The translations under genes and the position numbers were made by a program. The notes beneath the pieces were generated by a model. It worked only from the letters and a program-made list of their open reading frames with translations. It made no database searches and was not told where the DNA came from. Shown piece after piece: positions 12,830 to 26,820 of a stretch of 64,000 bases of DNA. Source of the DNA: Octopus vulgaris. Taxonomy: Eukaryota. Location of the stretch: assembly GCA_951406725.2 (NCBI GenBank), contig OX597818.1, positions 70,432,001 through 70,496,000 of the forward strand, in the 5' to 3' direction. How positions within the stretch are numbered: position 1 is the first letter of the stretch; each line of letters starts with the position of its first letter.

Positions 12830-13025
12830 GTTATATTGGTTTCAAACTGTGGTTTAAGGCCAGCAATTTTGAGAGGAGGGGGTTAAGTTGGTTTCTTATT
12901 TTATGAACCCTGAAAGGATGAAAGGCAAAATCGACCTCAGCGGAATTTGAATTCAGAACATAAAAATGGACAAAACACAGATAATTATTTTGCCTAGCAT
13001 TCGAACAATTCTTCCAGCTTGGAGT
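12830..13025 (-). mobile_element. Meta-type SINE copy
   Basis: accctgaaaggatgaaaggcaaaatcgacctcagcggaatttgaattcagaac. Confidence 0.75.
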
Positions 13026-13669
13026 CTTTACCATTCTTTATATTAAGGAGGAGCCAACCTGATTTACCGAAACCTCATGTTGGCCTTGCAGGAAAATGAT
13101 TTTTATTCTGTGTGTAAACCTTAAACTTCTATAAATCCACATCTTGTTGTTATTTAATCTCTCCATCTAAACTGTCAAATGTGTCCGTCCTCCTTTTTAG
13201 ATAGGAAAATAGGATTTCAGTAAATATTGCTGTTATGTCTAGCAAATGTATCGTGGTTCACTTGATGACTCAGATAGGATTAAGTTGTTTTTTCTGGCAG
13301 ATCAGACAATTGCATACAGACGCCTTCACTAGTTCAGTTAGCATCCTCTTTTGGATAAATGGTAGCAGGGGTAATGAGAATGTCATGGCATCACTTAACA
13401 CTATGGCACCTGGAAAGTCAACTGTTGCTATTTTGAATTCTATTCATGCTTAGATCTTTATGGCATCAAAACTGTTGAGGATTCGTATTGTCAACCCTTC
13501 TGTTATCATTATGGATGCTTTTTACATGGCACCAGCACTTACGAGCCTGCAAGATTAGGAATGTTCAGCCGAAAGGAGATGCAGGGGACAAGCGCATATG
13601 CAAGGACAACCACATTTTTACTCAGTGTGAAGTGTGTTTTTAAGTACAGGAAACTGCCAGGAGTTTTGG

Positions 13670-14085
13670 TCTTCTGACATTCCTTCTGTGAGTCCCAAAG
13701 TCTGTAGATCCTTTCTTACCATTTCGTCCCACATCACCCTGGGTCTGCCTCTTCCACATATTCTCTCAACAATTAGAGATCAGCACCTCTTGATGCAACT
13801 GCCTTCCTTCATATGCATTACATGGCCATACCAGTGCAGTCTTCTCTCCTGCACACCTCATCTATTCGCTCATACACCCAGTTTTTCTCTCAAATCCTTT
13901 TTACTCTGTCATCTATGCATGCTGACATTACCCATCTGGCAGACCATACTGGTTTCATTTCTTTCAAGCTTTCATATTTCCTCAGTAGTCACAGCTCATG
14001 TATCACTGCCATGCAGCATAGCTGTCTGTACACAGGCATCATGCAATTTGCCTTTCACTCTGAGGGAGAGGCCCTTTGTTACTAA
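13670..14085 (-). mobile_element. RTE LINE 3' fragment (same family as 7640-7930)
   Basis: The minus strand encodes RRLHWYGHVMHM...GRGRPRVMWDEMVRKDLQTLGLTEGM-like sequence. Confidence 0.75.
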
Positions 14086-14975
14086 CAGCAATAACAATCC
14101 CACAATCCTCATTATGTTCATCAGCATCAAACCTTTGGCACCAGGTTGAATGGTTCAAGAGGATCTGATGTGCCATTCTTCAATGCTTGCTTTGGTGTGC
14201 TTTCAATGGTTGGATGCCTTTTTCAATGCCAACCATTTTACTGAATGTACTGGTTACTTTTTCAGGGCTCAAGGACCAACAGGGTGGTGTGTGTGTGTGA
14301 AGGGTTTTGGCTTAGTCATTAGGTTCCTCGGCTCACGATCATAAGGTCATGAATTTGATTCCCAGTGGTGCATTGAGTTCTTGAGCAAGACACTTTATTT
14401 CATGTGTCTCCTGTCCACTCAGCTGTATTTCAAAAGGGGTAGCATTATTGCATTTTGTGTCATATTGAATCTCCCTGAAAATGACATTAAGCGTATTTGT
14501 GTCATTGGAGTGCTCAACCACTTGCCCGTTAATTTTACGAGATGGCTGTTTCATTTAGTGGATCAACTGTAACACTTGTCATCATAACCAACAGAGAGCC
14601 AGGCCGATATATATATATATATATACCGTCCAACCCATGCTAGCATGGAAAACGGACACTAAACTACGATGATATATAGTAAAGTTTCTTTGTTTATTGT
14701 ATAGTGACTATTCAGAAGTGCTCAGCTAAAGGACCTGAGATAGGCTTACACAATAGTTTCTGTCTACAAAATTCCATTCTACTCATGAGGTATTGGTTAG
14801 CCAACGCTATGGAACAAGACACTTGTCCAAAGTGCCAATCAGTGAGATCAAAACTCAAACTGTGTAAGTGTTCAGTGAGCTTTTTAACCACACAGCCAGA
14901 CCTGCAACAGTTACTTGTGATAAGCAAACATCCAACCCAGAAAGAGAAGACATGCACACACACTGACTAACAGCT

Positions 14976-15008
<33 letters not shown>

Positions 15009-17000
15009 ATCTGTCTCCCCCCCTCTCTCTCTCTCTCTCTCCCTCTCATTTATTTAATGTTATGATATCACAGCAAAAGCTCTTTCAATGAGATGTTTTT
15101 ATTTTGCAAATATTAACATTTGCATATATTTGGTGTAATTGCTTTTTTCTGTTAATCACTGAGCCGTGAAATGGCAATGAAACTCAATTGTTAGTGAGAC
15201 AGACGAGCTGAAGTCAGTAGGATTTCTTTCGTCTCTGCCAGGAATGTAATTAAACATTGTTGTAAGAGTTGAACGGGTTTCAAATTTCAACAACGTCAAT
15301 TTGAGGTTTAGTTTAATCTGGTTAAAGATTATAACAGCTTCTGTCTACTGAATCCACCTGGAGGGCATTGGTCAGCTAAGAACTCTATTAAAAGACACCC
15401 AAAATGCCATGCAGGGAATTGAACCTGGAACCACAAAGCTGCAAACCAAGCTGCTTTACAACACAGCCATACCTTCTCTTTGAATTTAAAGATGTTAGGA
15501 TTAACTTAATTATCAGGAATCAAGCTGAAGAGATTCACACAGAAACATCTGCTTTGGTAAAGATGGATGTCCTAGAATTTGAAAAGTTCCTTGACTCTGT
15601 ACATTTGTAAGATCATCATCACCATCCTCTCCTCCTCCTTCCCTTCCTCTTCTCTATCCTCATCATCATTTTGCATATGCTTTCCATGCTGGCATATCTT
15701 GGACAGATTATCATAATCCAAGTGAGTTCTTATTCAAAGTGACCATCTCCCTTGATGGATCAAAAGACCACTTCTCACTTTTTGTTTTTTTCTTCCTTAA
15801 GTTTGGATTCTCTTCCTATCCCAAATCTCTTCATGGAGTTGTCATAGGAATATTTTATCATGGCATCAGTACTATGGAGGTTCTTATATCTTCAATAAGA
15901 CTAATGGTTCCACTCAACATTTTGTTGTCCCTATTCCTAACACTAACAACTTCACAGTGTGTACTGGCTGCATTTTATATTGGCACCAGCATTAGTGTGG
16001 TTGCCATGTCTTCTCTGGTCTCTTTCCTCCACAGGTCACATCAACTCTGAGTACCCTTCACTTCTTTATACAGCATGTCTTCTTCCATACACATTACATG
16101 ACCACAGCACTGGAGTTTTCTCTCTTCTACACTACATCTGATTCTTGTTGGATCCGGTCTTTCTGTAAGCATGCTTCATTTATTTCTAGTCTTCACAAAT
16201 ACATGTGATATTTCACCCATTCTAGTATAAATCTATAACTGGACAATAATTTCAACAGAAATGCACCAATTTTGTACATTCTTTCTCACAAAATTTCATA
16301 AATGGTTACAAAGGATATTCTTGCCAAAGATTTATCAAAGTGTGAATGTTCCCCCAACAGTCATTGTTATAATTCTAACGTGTAATATCAGTATTTAGTA
16401 TTACCAAATCAGCAGCACCAATATTTCCATCCCTCTTTCATTCTCTAATGAATTAGATATATTGACAAATAGATTTGCTTTCCAATTCCTTTATCATTGC
16501 TTCATATTCAAGGGATATTAATTTGTAATATGTTGCTCCAGGCTTTCCTAACCCAACATCTCATTTACCTATGAAGATCTACAAATATCAATTTATAGCA
16601 CTTTTTACTGTGTGTTGGTAGCATTATTATTATCATCATCATTATTATTATTATTGTTGTTGTTATTATTGGTTACCCTATAAATCTATATTCGCTTCAA
16701 TATGACCTTTTTAGGAATTCAATATCAAAGTTATTACACATTTCCTAACAATCTCGTCTTCTCGTTCCTGTCACTTTGAGGTGTTTGTACACCTTAAAAG
16801 TGTTATTTCAGTTTATCTCATCTTTCATTTGAAAAATTGACCTTTTCTCGATAATTTGAAGCCTATTTTTTAACAGAAAGAATTTTTAACTTAACCATTA
16901 TTAATTTGTTTTGTACAAGTTTTAACCATTTTAATTCTAACACGTGGAAGGCTGACTCTTGTTTTACGATATTAATTTTAGAATCAGAATTTTATATTGT

Positions 17001-17680
17001 TAGGCACAGGCTGTGTGATAAGAAGTTTGGTGGCGAGCTGGCAGAAACATTAGCATGTCAGGTGAAATGCTTAGCGGTATTTTGTCTGCTGTTACGTTCT
17101 GAGTTCAAATTCCGCCAAGGTCGACTTTGCCTTTCATCTTTTCAGGGTTGATAAATTAAATACCAGTTACGCACTGGGGTCGATGCAATCGACTTAATCC
17201 CTTTGTCTATCCTTGTTTGCCCCCTCTATGTTTAGCCCCTTGTGGGCAATAAAGAAATAAGAAGTTTGCTTCCCAACCACATGGTTCCAGGTTCAGTCCC
17301 ACTTCATGGCACTTTGGGCAAGCATCTTCTGCTCTAGCCTCAGGCCATCCAAAACCTTGTGGATTTGGTGGATGGAAACTGAAAGAAGCCTATCATGTGT
17401 GTGTGTGTGTGTGTGTACAGGTGTGTGTGTGAGAGAAAGTGTGTGTACAGGTGTGTGTTCTTTATGTCTGTATTTGTCTCTCAGCACCACTTAGCAACTG
17501 GCGTTGGCATGCATGTGTGCCTGTAACTTAGTGGTGCGGCAAGAAGGGTTAACAGAGTAAGCACCAGGCTTAAAATGGGAATAAATACTGGAATTGATTC
17601 ATTCGTTTAGAAATTCTTCAAAGTGATGCCCCAGTATGGTCACAGTGTAATTAATGAAACAAGTAAAATAAAAGAAAATT
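17001..17680 (+). mobile_element. tRNA-derived SINE (ggctgtgtggtaagaagcttgcttcccaaccacatggttccgggttcagtccc family), interrupted by a nested SINE
   Basis: The head has A/B-box-like motifs, followed by an internal (GT)n and the tail ccccagtatggtcacagt...gaaacaagtaaaa. Other copies lie at about 21795-22230, 37560-38020, 52415-52600 and 18410-18760 (minus). Confidence 0.8.
17030..17256 (+). mobile_element. Full-length Meta-type SINE with 12-bp target-site duplication
   Basis: Flanked by ataagaagtttg at 17018-17029 and 17257-17268. Contains gttcaaattccgcc B-box and gcctttcatcttttcagggttgataaattaaataccag. Confidence 0.9.
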
Positions 17681-19704
17681 TAAAAGAAATAGTTTTTACC
17701 GGACAATATTTTGTTATGTTTCTGTCAGAAACAGTAAAGGAGCCAGTAAGGGAAACACTGTGTTCCCTCAGCCTGCATGAAATAGTAGCAAGATCTTCCT
17801 CAAATGATGCTGTTTTAAAAATAGGAGATGAATATAAAATGGAAAGGTTCTCAGTGTATTGTAGCTGATGAATCAATAATAATTTCTGGAATGGTTTGAT
17901 TCTGGTTCTGCTCAGATAAGGTTGGCCTGCCGAGGATCATGTAAAAACAATTAATCCACAAAATCAACCATTAAAAATATTATGGTTCAAAATTATAAAA
18001 AAAAAAAAAATGAAAGGCAGAGACAGATAAAGGAACAACAAACAAGGAAATGGAAGAGTCTTTGACATTTCAAGCCTACACTCTTCTACGGAATGGAATG
18101 AGGATAGAAAACAGATTGAGTGAATGGAAAAAAAAAGGAAAACAGAGAGAAAACTACATGTCTGGATAAAGGATTTCATGTGTTGCTAGTATTTAATCTT
18201 CCAACAGTCTTTATTGAAACATTTTGGAAGTGAGTTGTTCTAGGATTATAGTCACAAATCTATAGGATATAAACCATCAAATCACTTCATAAAGAGTTAA
18301 TCAGTCCACCCCATCTAACTCACTCTCTGCTACATCTTACCAAAATTTCACCTCTGTCCATTTTCAAAGGTTCAACTACTCCTTTACTTTTCTACTCTCC
18401 AATTATTGGACTGTGGTCATGCTGGAGTACTGCATTTTGGGATTAGTTGAACCAATTGACACCAGTTTCTTTTCTTTTTAAGTTTGGTACCAAATCTACA
18501 GGTAATTTTCTTTTTTGCCAAACCACTAAGTTATAGGGATGGGATGTAAACAAACCAACACCAGTTACCAAGCAGTGGGCAGACAAACAAATACACAAAA
18601 AGCTTCCACAGAGATTCTCTGTCTACCAAATTTACTCAGAAGTCATTGATTGGTCCCAGGCTGAAGTAGAAGATTCTAACCAAGGTGCAGTGCAGTGGGA
18701 TTGAACCCAAAGCTGCTTGCTTCAGAAACAATCTTCTTCACCACACAGCTATGCTTCTGCCTATTTTATCACATATTTTACTCCATTTCCATCACCTAGT
18801 CATAGTTTGAAACCAAAATATCTAAGGAGAGACGGTGCCAAGATCAAATGCCCATTGTGCCCTTGCATTGAACTTTTCCTTCAAAATATCTCAGTTCTTC
18901 TCACTGTCTTCCATAGATGACCATTATTCTGAGTCTTTTCTTGTAGATACACTCAAAGCTATGAAACCAAAATAATGTAAGCGCTGAGTAGCCATTGTTG
19001 ATCCTAAAACTCTAAAGTAACAACTTTAGCTCTGTGAGTACCTTCATCAAAATGAACAACTGCACACACACGTGTGTGTGTGTGTATACACATCCACACA
19101 TACATTAAGTAAGGAAGATAAGCAAAACTGGTAAAGTGTTGACTAATACTGCTAACTGTTCTGAGCAGTATTTGTTCTTGTTTATTATTTTCTTAATGAA
19201 ATCTTGCCAAAGGCTGCTTTGCCATTCTTTCAGGGTTGATAAAATAAAGTACCAGCTATGTACTGGGGTTGGTTGTAATCAACTAATCCCCTTCCCTGAT
19301 ATCTATATCAGAAACAAAAACCAAAAAATTAGTGAAGAAAAGAGGGATCTTAATCTTGCAGGCAGCACAGCAACCTCACTTGTGCTGGTGCCCCAAGAAA
19401 GCACACAGTATTCTCTGCAAAGCTGTTGGCATTGAGAAAGGCTTCCAGCTGCAGAAAATGTAATGCAGGCATTGGAACACAATGCAGTCTTCAGACACAT
19501 TGGATCCAGTCAAACCATTCAGTTTATGCCAGAATGGAATCTAGATTTTAAATGATCATCATCATCATCCCTCTCACATACACATACATATGTATATGTG
19601 TGTATATACATACATACATACATATACGTGCTATAATTATACACACACACATACACACACACAGAGACCTGCACACACACACATATCCACAGTTACACAC
19701 ACAT

Positions 19705-19986
19705 ACCTCATTCTCTTGCACTCTCCTGTCTTTGAAAGAACTTTTTCTTCACCCATTCCCTTCCGGTCATTTAAAATGTGACCGCGTGTGTATCGTTGGC
19801 GATTTTTTTTCTTCCGTCTTCCCTTCCTTAGATCTTTCCTTTTTCTGTGTTTCTGACGAAGAGCTCCGCTCGAAACGTTAAATCCTTCTTCTTTCTTTCC
19901 TTTCCTGAGCGTTCAATAACCCTATACTTGTTCCATGTCCTCGCGTTGTTGTGTTTTCTCTTTGTGTTTTCATGTTTGGATTAACT
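19705..19986 (+). mobile_element. Penelope-like pseudo-LTR remnant carrying a hammerhead motif
   Basis: CpG-retaining, pyrimidine-rich segment between (CA)n and (TA)n tracts, with a hammerhead core at 19853. Confidence 0.65.
19847..19884 (+). ncRNA. Minimal type I hammerhead ribozyme motif
   Basis: gUUU-CUGACGA-a-GAGC-ucc-GCUC-GAAA-CG-U-U-AAAu shows a canonical core, 4-bp stem II, palindromic ACGU stem III and short stem I. Confidence 0.75.
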
Positions 19987-20036
19987 ATATATATGTTTTT
20001 ATATATGTATGTATATATATATATATATATATATAT

Positions 20037-20074
<38 letters not shown>

Positions 20075-20577
20075 GATATGTAGGAACATGACAAATATAA
20101 AACCTAGAGCAGCAAATTCTGAATCCCTCTAAACATGGCTTTATGTCATTATATACTGAGAATGCTTTATAACTTATGATGTTATTTGCAACAATGAGCA
20201 ATGTCTGTGGGGATGGCATGACTGGAAAGGAGAAATGGTGAATGTAAAAAATATATGGATGTATTTACCAAAATATTCTAAGGCATCATAGCATTTCAGT
20301 AGCTGATTCTGATAAAGGGAAATTCTAGTTCTTTCATTATATAAATAGTAATCGCCCATTAAGGGTTAATACATAAAAAAGGGCTGGGAGTAGGCAAAAA
20401 GAAGAGAACAAATTGAGGGCTTTTATATGTTAATCCTCCAAAAAATTCTTTCTTTAACATAATGAGATGCATTTACACTGGTCTACTAGGAAATATGTTA
20501 GACTTATTTAAAACGAATTAATTAAAGGGGTATGAAATCACATGCAAACCATATGTAAGTACATATCTACATATGTA

Positions 20578-20594
20578 CCACTACTACTACTACA

Positions 20595-20658
<64 letters not shown>

Positions 20659-20760
20659 TTACTACTACTGCTACCACCACCACCACCACGACCAATATCA
20701 CCACCGCCATCATCATCATAATCATCATCATCATCACCACCACCACTACTACTATTACTA
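20578..20760. repeat. Compound (CTA)n/(CAC)n/(CAT)n microsatellite
   Basis: Direct inspection. Confidence 0.95.
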
Positions 20761-21376
20761 CCCACACATACACAGATGCAAGATGGTGTAATCACTCAGG
20801 AAGCTATCATCACATGGGAATGTATTATGGCATCGGAAGTTATTAAGATGTAAGAAAGTCCATGACAGCATGGAATATTGTCAGAATCTTGGTTATTTTA
20901 TTGTCTAAAGTAAACAGATGATATCACACACTTTTATATTAACATTCTGTCGGAGGTCACCATTTCAACAGCTTTGCAACAACTTGATCAACAGCTTCTG
21001 TTTGCATTTCAACAAAGTTTATTATCATCAATAACACCACCACCACCACCACCACCACCACCACTATCACTGGCACCATTATTATCAACACTACTACCAC
21101 CCTCACCACAACTCTCTTCATCTTTATCACTACTACCAAACTCATTCCCTGACTCTTTCTTTATTTTATGTGTCGTCATCATCATCATCATTTCAAAGTC
21201 CACTTTCCCATGCATGCATCGATAAGCTGGGATGCTCTTCCCATCACCAAACCACATCTCATTCTAAGCATGGTAATATTTCCCCATGGTCTCATATGTT
21301 TTCAATGGAAATAGGAATTGAAGATCATTGCTTGTATATACTTGTCTACAATTGTCACATGATATCAAGACAACAA

Positions 21377-21408
<32 letters not shown>

Positions 21409-21794
21409 ATGCAAGCATACACACTCAAAGAGCTTCTTTTAGTTTCTGTCAACCACCACATCTCCTCACAAGGCCTTGGTTGGTCAGGGCTGAAGACATT
21501 TGCCCAAAATCCACTGCTTGAGAAACCATCTTAACCACACATGCCTGTGCCTGTACATACATAATATATAAAGACGTATGCTAGTTCACAACAACATTCC
21601 TTCAGAATCAGATTCTAAAGGACAAAAGTGTTGAAAAAATGTAAATAATATCTGTCACTTGGGTTTGGGATCCTGTCGGTCAGCAACTGGTTTTAAGAGT
21701 CATCTGAGGGCCGTGTGATGGAGTGTGGTGTGTGTGTGTGTGTTGATGGGACACTTGTCATCTATCAAGATGAAGCGACCATCATAGGTATAGG

Positions 21795-22230
21795 GGCAGG
21801 CATGGCTGCGTGGCAAGGAGTTTGTTTCCCAAACACATGCTTCCAGGTTCAGTCCTACAGTGTGACATTTTGGACAAGGGTCTTTTACTATTGTCTCAAG
21901 CTGACCAAAGCATTGCGAGTGGATGGAAACTGAAAGAAGCTCATAGTGTGCGTGTGTGTGTGTGTGCATGCATGTGTACGTGTGCATGTGTGTGTGTGTG
22001 CGTGTGTGTTTGTGTGTGTGTCTGAGGATGTTTCCCGCCACCACTTGACAATCAGTGTTGGCGCTAATGTCCTCATCACTTAGCAATACGGCAAAAGAGA
22101 CTGATAGAATAAGTACCAGGCTTTAAAGAAAATTATTTGCTGTGGTCGATTCATTCAACCAAAACTTCTTCTTCGTGGTGCCCCAGCATGGCCACAGTCT
22201 AATGGCTGAAGCAAGTAGAAGATAAAAGAT
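21795..22230 (+). mobile_element. tRNA-derived SINE, near full length
   Basis: gcaggcatggctgcgtggcaagg...ggttcagtcc...(GT)n...aataagtaccaggc...ccccagcatggccacagtctaatggctgaagcaagtagaagataaaagata. Confidence 0.8.
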
Positions 22231-22670
22231 ATATATAAAACCATCATCTCAATTTCAACAACAGATCATCATCATCATCATCACCATTATCATCTTCCTC
22301 ATGCCTCCACCTCTACCACCCCACCAGCACCTCCACTCCCCACCATATTACTACCATTATTGTTGGATGTTTTGATATGTATTCTTCAGAACGTGAGCCA
22401 AAACTTCCACACACACACCCCATCTCACCATTCCCCTCACCCACCCATCTCACCATTCCCCCACCCACCCATCTCACCATTCCCCCCACCCGCCCATCTC
22501 ACCTATCATATTTTTAAATTAAAAGGTTATTTCAGTTTTATGAAATGAATTTCATTAATTAAATTCAATTAATGAAATGAATAAAATCATTAAACTTATT
22601 AAACCGATGAAAATAAATCAACAAAATAGTGATTCTGATATTAATATTTAACACCATATTTTAAAAGTTT

Positions 22671-22706
<36 letters not shown>

Positions 22707-23179
22707 GTCATCACCATCATCATCATCATCGTCCTTATCATTATTATTTTCATTGCTGTTGCTCGTGTTACTCTTCATGAAAAAGTGACAATTACTATTG
22801 TTACTATTATCATAAAGATACTGATATTTGCATCAAATTTAACTACTACTACTACTACTGCTGTTGTTGCTGGAATTATTATTACTGTTATTAGTGTATG
22901 GCATGGTTGGAAGATCATTGGAAAATTCCTTGTGATGTTTAGCGGTGTCTTTTTAGATTCTAATCTAATTCCCTTCAGGTCAGCTTTACATTTCGTCCTT
23001 ACAAACTTGACAGAATAAATAGAAGTCAAGTATTAAGTCTATTTCAGCGACTGGAAGCCCCCCGCCCACCCCCATCCATGAGGCCCTTTGTCCAACCAGA
23101 TGCTTGCTTGGAAGGTTCAATGAAACGATTCAATAGTTTCTGCAACCCAGAAAATGTAATTAGTTTAAGAGTTGACTGT

Positions 23180-23680
23180 AGCGAAAGTACAGAGTGGAAA
23201 ACTTTGAGGCAGCCCTCACCTTTACTAGTAACAAATGGCTTCTCTCTGAATGAAGGATAAATATTGTGATGTTTGCATACAAAGTGTAATACAAGATGGT
23301 AGGGAGATGTGGACCTTGAATGAAGGAGAAAGCTTGAAAGAAATAAAAAAAAAACACTTGTACTGTGTTGGATATGAACAATGTTAATGAGTGAAGTGAG
23401 AGGAGAGCTGAATATGAAGGCCATTGAGGTGGAGTGATGAAGAGGGGAGAGGGCCATTGAGGTGGAGTGTTGAAGAGGGGAGAGGGCCATTGAGGTGGAG
23501 TGTTGAAGAGGGGAGATGGTTCGAATAGATGGAGGATGTGAGTTTTATAAAGAAATGTTGAACCCTTAAAGTGGATGGAACCTGTTGAAGAGGGAGACTG
23601 AAGAAGACCTGGAGTGACCAGATGAAATCACACCTCAAGAATCTAGACTTTACTAAGAACTATGATAATTCATGAGAAAT
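23180..23680 (+). mobile_element. RTE LINE 3' fragment containing a 33-bp tandem triplication (23419-23516)
   Basis: ctttactagtaacaaatggcttctctctga...gggagactgaagaagacctgg is homologous to the other RTE tails. The unit ggccattgaggtggagtgttgaagaggggagag occurs three times. Confidence 0.65.
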
Positions 23681-23970
23681 GGAACTGAAGAAAAAAAACA
23701 TTGAACAGATACAACAAGCGCAGTAAAACAGTTATCAATATAACGACAACAAAGTTTGGAATGTATGTCATGAGATCTCTTGTTTAATATACAGATTCTC
23801 ATTAAGTCTCACTCTGTGACTCTGTTAATTCTTCTCACCCACTCTTATTATTGTGTCGTATGTGTTCAATGAAAGGGGAGCATCTAACGTATCTGCTCTT
23901 AATTCTTCCTTCATCAGCCATGTCCTAGAAATTACCATACTTTTTTATCACCTCACTCTAAACCATTTAA

Positions 23971-24191
23971 CCCTTTCATTACCAGCCTGGCTGAAATTGG
24001 CTCTGGCTCTGAGTACAAATGTCTTGTTTTCATAAGTTTTGAATTAAAATCTTCCACCAAACCTTGGTCACAATTTCTGTTCCTAACACTAGCTGAATGG
24101 TAACTAAGTTATTTTACTAAATTCTTTGTTATATTTTAAAGTAATTGAAAGAAACACAGAGCATCTCAACAGAAATACAGTAATGAAAGGG
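23971..24191. mobile_element. piggyBac-type MITE (221 bp)
   Basis: TTAA|CCCTTTCATTAC ... GTAATGAAAGGG|TTTA gives a perfect 12-bp TIR starting CCC and a TTAA TSD with one mismatch on the right. Confidence 0.85.
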
Positions 24192-26449
24192 TTTATAAAA
24201 AACCACAACTGTTCTGAAATTTAAAAAATTTTTGTCACTCATCAACATCTTTACTCATCTCGGAATCAGCCATGAACTGCCAGAACTCTGTTTTTACATG
24301 GTTGACGAGCTTATACTCTCATGCGATAGTATTCTTGGTTTTCACATCCTTTCAAATAGCCATGTGCTAATACAAAATATATGGACATTCATGGAGATTT
24401 GTTCAGAAACTTGAAAATATAATTTGGCATTTATAAACTTGATTTGTCTGATGAAAAGAGATCAGATATTATGGTTGCTGAAAACTATTTGTATCTTTGA
24501 TGACCTGCTTAGAAACATGTGACTTCATTGTATTTATTTTAAGACTGATTTCCAGTATATTTGATAATCGACACTACCAAGATGCCAGATTAGCAAAACT
24601 GTACACACACCATATTCACATAATGCATATTCACAGATGTATACATTCATACATACATGCATACACTCTCAGGAATGCATACATATGTGTATATACATAT
24701 ATACACATGCCACCAGTATTGTGTGAAACTAAGATATTGTATAGAATATCTATTTATTCTGTAGAATTTTTTTGGCAAAGTCTGAAACGAGTTTCATTGT
24801 GACCTTCTATACTTTGCTGAGATATTTTGTAGAATGTCTGGCATTTGTTGGGATAAAATAATACAACAGACAAGGGTTGGACACTTTATTAACCAACAGA
24901 GAAGTCTATAAAACCTAAACACACATTTAACAGACAAAAGAGATGAGAAAATATTTGGAGCAAACTACTTCCAAAATCTATTTTATACAAAAATATTCTG
25001 ATGTTATTTGTAACATTTCAGTCTTGTATTTATTACAATAGCCTGAACTTGAGTGACATTTTCAACTGTGTAGTAGCATTTCTAACTGGATAGTAGTGTT
25101 TCCTCAACACAAAGATATTTCTTTCTTTCACACTTTTGTCTTTCACTTAAATCATTGACAAGTTCCAAGGTATTGTTGTGTTGGAGCTGGTAGGAGTGAG
25201 GTTTTGTTGTCCACTGGAATGTCTTCCCCTGCAAATAAAGGTTTCCTACATACAGAAATCTATGATCTGGCACAAAGAAGCTCTTCCAATACACACTGCG
25301 ACATGACCTTCCAATAAAAATTGTCCTGGACCTCCTTGGAAATCACTAAAATATTGTATCTCCATATTCTTGGTTGTGTTCAGAAAACCAACTTGGTTTG
25401 CAGGAACTTATTGCTTGAGATTTTCTTTGGTTATGTAGGGTCTAGCACAAGATTATTTGGCATCTTGCCAATTAGTGAGAACATTTTGTTCTCCTCATTC
25501 ATATCATCATCATCATTATCATGATATTCTTCACCATCAATTAATGTCCCTGTACCATGCTACCTAACACAAATTCTCTAATCTATAAAATATCTAGGAA
25601 ACACGAATAGAGGATCAGACTTTATATTTTTTTTTTGTCTTGAATTTGGAGACATTCGATAGAATACTTTGGTTTCAAACAATACTGAGAATACAATTGC
25701 TTACCCCAAAATATTGCACCCCAGCTCTAGCCCCTATGCTCACCAAACTTTGAAATTTCCTCCTCTCAATAGGAATCTATCTTGATTATTAGAATGCCTT
25801 CTTGTGTGCTGCCCACTTCCCAAGAAAGACAACCTATCAAATCTTTGCCTGCTTTCATCCAGTCACAGTTGCAAAATAGAAACACACATGAACACCAATG
25901 TCTGTCATGTCATTCTCTTCTTAATTACCACCATAGTTTCTGTAAAACCAGTTTTACTGATGACCTATCCCCACCCCCATATCACTAACAAATAGGCTCT
26001 TGTCATGGGGATGTTTTGTTAAAATCAAAATTATCCTCACCTATATAAACAAATCTGCCTAGCACAAGAAACTTCTATCACAACTGACCCCCACCCCCCA
26101 CCCCACATATGGTTTGATATCTTTCTGTCTCTTGGATTAGTAACTTCCTTATCTCATCACTTAATCATGGGATGGGCTGAAAGAACTTTTTCTGCCCTTC
26201 ACTCTTATTAAATGAAGCAAACATCCAAGGTAAAGTCTTCTCCTTCACTCTCTTCAGCCATTGCATCAGGTAACACCTGGTCTTAAATGGATGCTTTTGC
26301 CCTTCATTCATACCTAACCTTCCACTGTGACTGACCCTTCTCTTCACAACCAGAAGATTTTCATACTCCAATGATTACTTAGACACTATAAAACTCAGCT
26401 AAGGCCCACAAAGGAGTATACCTGTTGCACACACACACACACACAGACA

Positions 26450-26820
26450 TCATAGAACACATCCAAAAAGAGTGCCATCTGGCTGATTGGTATAAAGACC
26501 CCTACAGACCCCTAAATAGTTCACTCTCTGGCTCACAGATATCAGGCCTTCTCTCTCCTTCATGTCCTCCTATACCATAATGGCCTCTGCTCTATAGAGT
26601 AGAATGCATTTATTCCACCTCAACTCAGGCATTTTTAACCCACTTGTCTCTCCTCCTCTCATGACTCTTCTTGTCTGCAACCCATCCAGGAACCACGCTA
26701 GCCCTAACCCATTCCTTCCTTCATAGAATGCCATCCCTCTGGAATTCACTTTCTGCTTCTATCTTTCCAGCAGGAATTTACTTACTCACATTCAAAAGGA
26801 ATGATAATGACATAATGTCA
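26450..26820 (+). mobile_element. Decayed CR1/L2-type LINE 3' fragment
   Basis: IQKR.AIxLIG / SLAHR / SFLHRMPSLWNSLSASIFP...LLTFKRN-like residues, typical of CR1/L2 ORF2 C-termini. Confidence 0.6.

Noticed and set aside
15199-15236. Small hairpin agacgag..gaagtc/gatttc..ttcgtct as a pre-miRNA
   Set aside because: The stem is only about 13 bp and does not extend.
17030-17115. tRNA gene call for SINE heads
   Set aside because: A/B-box-like motifs continue into SINE bodies, and no complete cloverleaf is evident.
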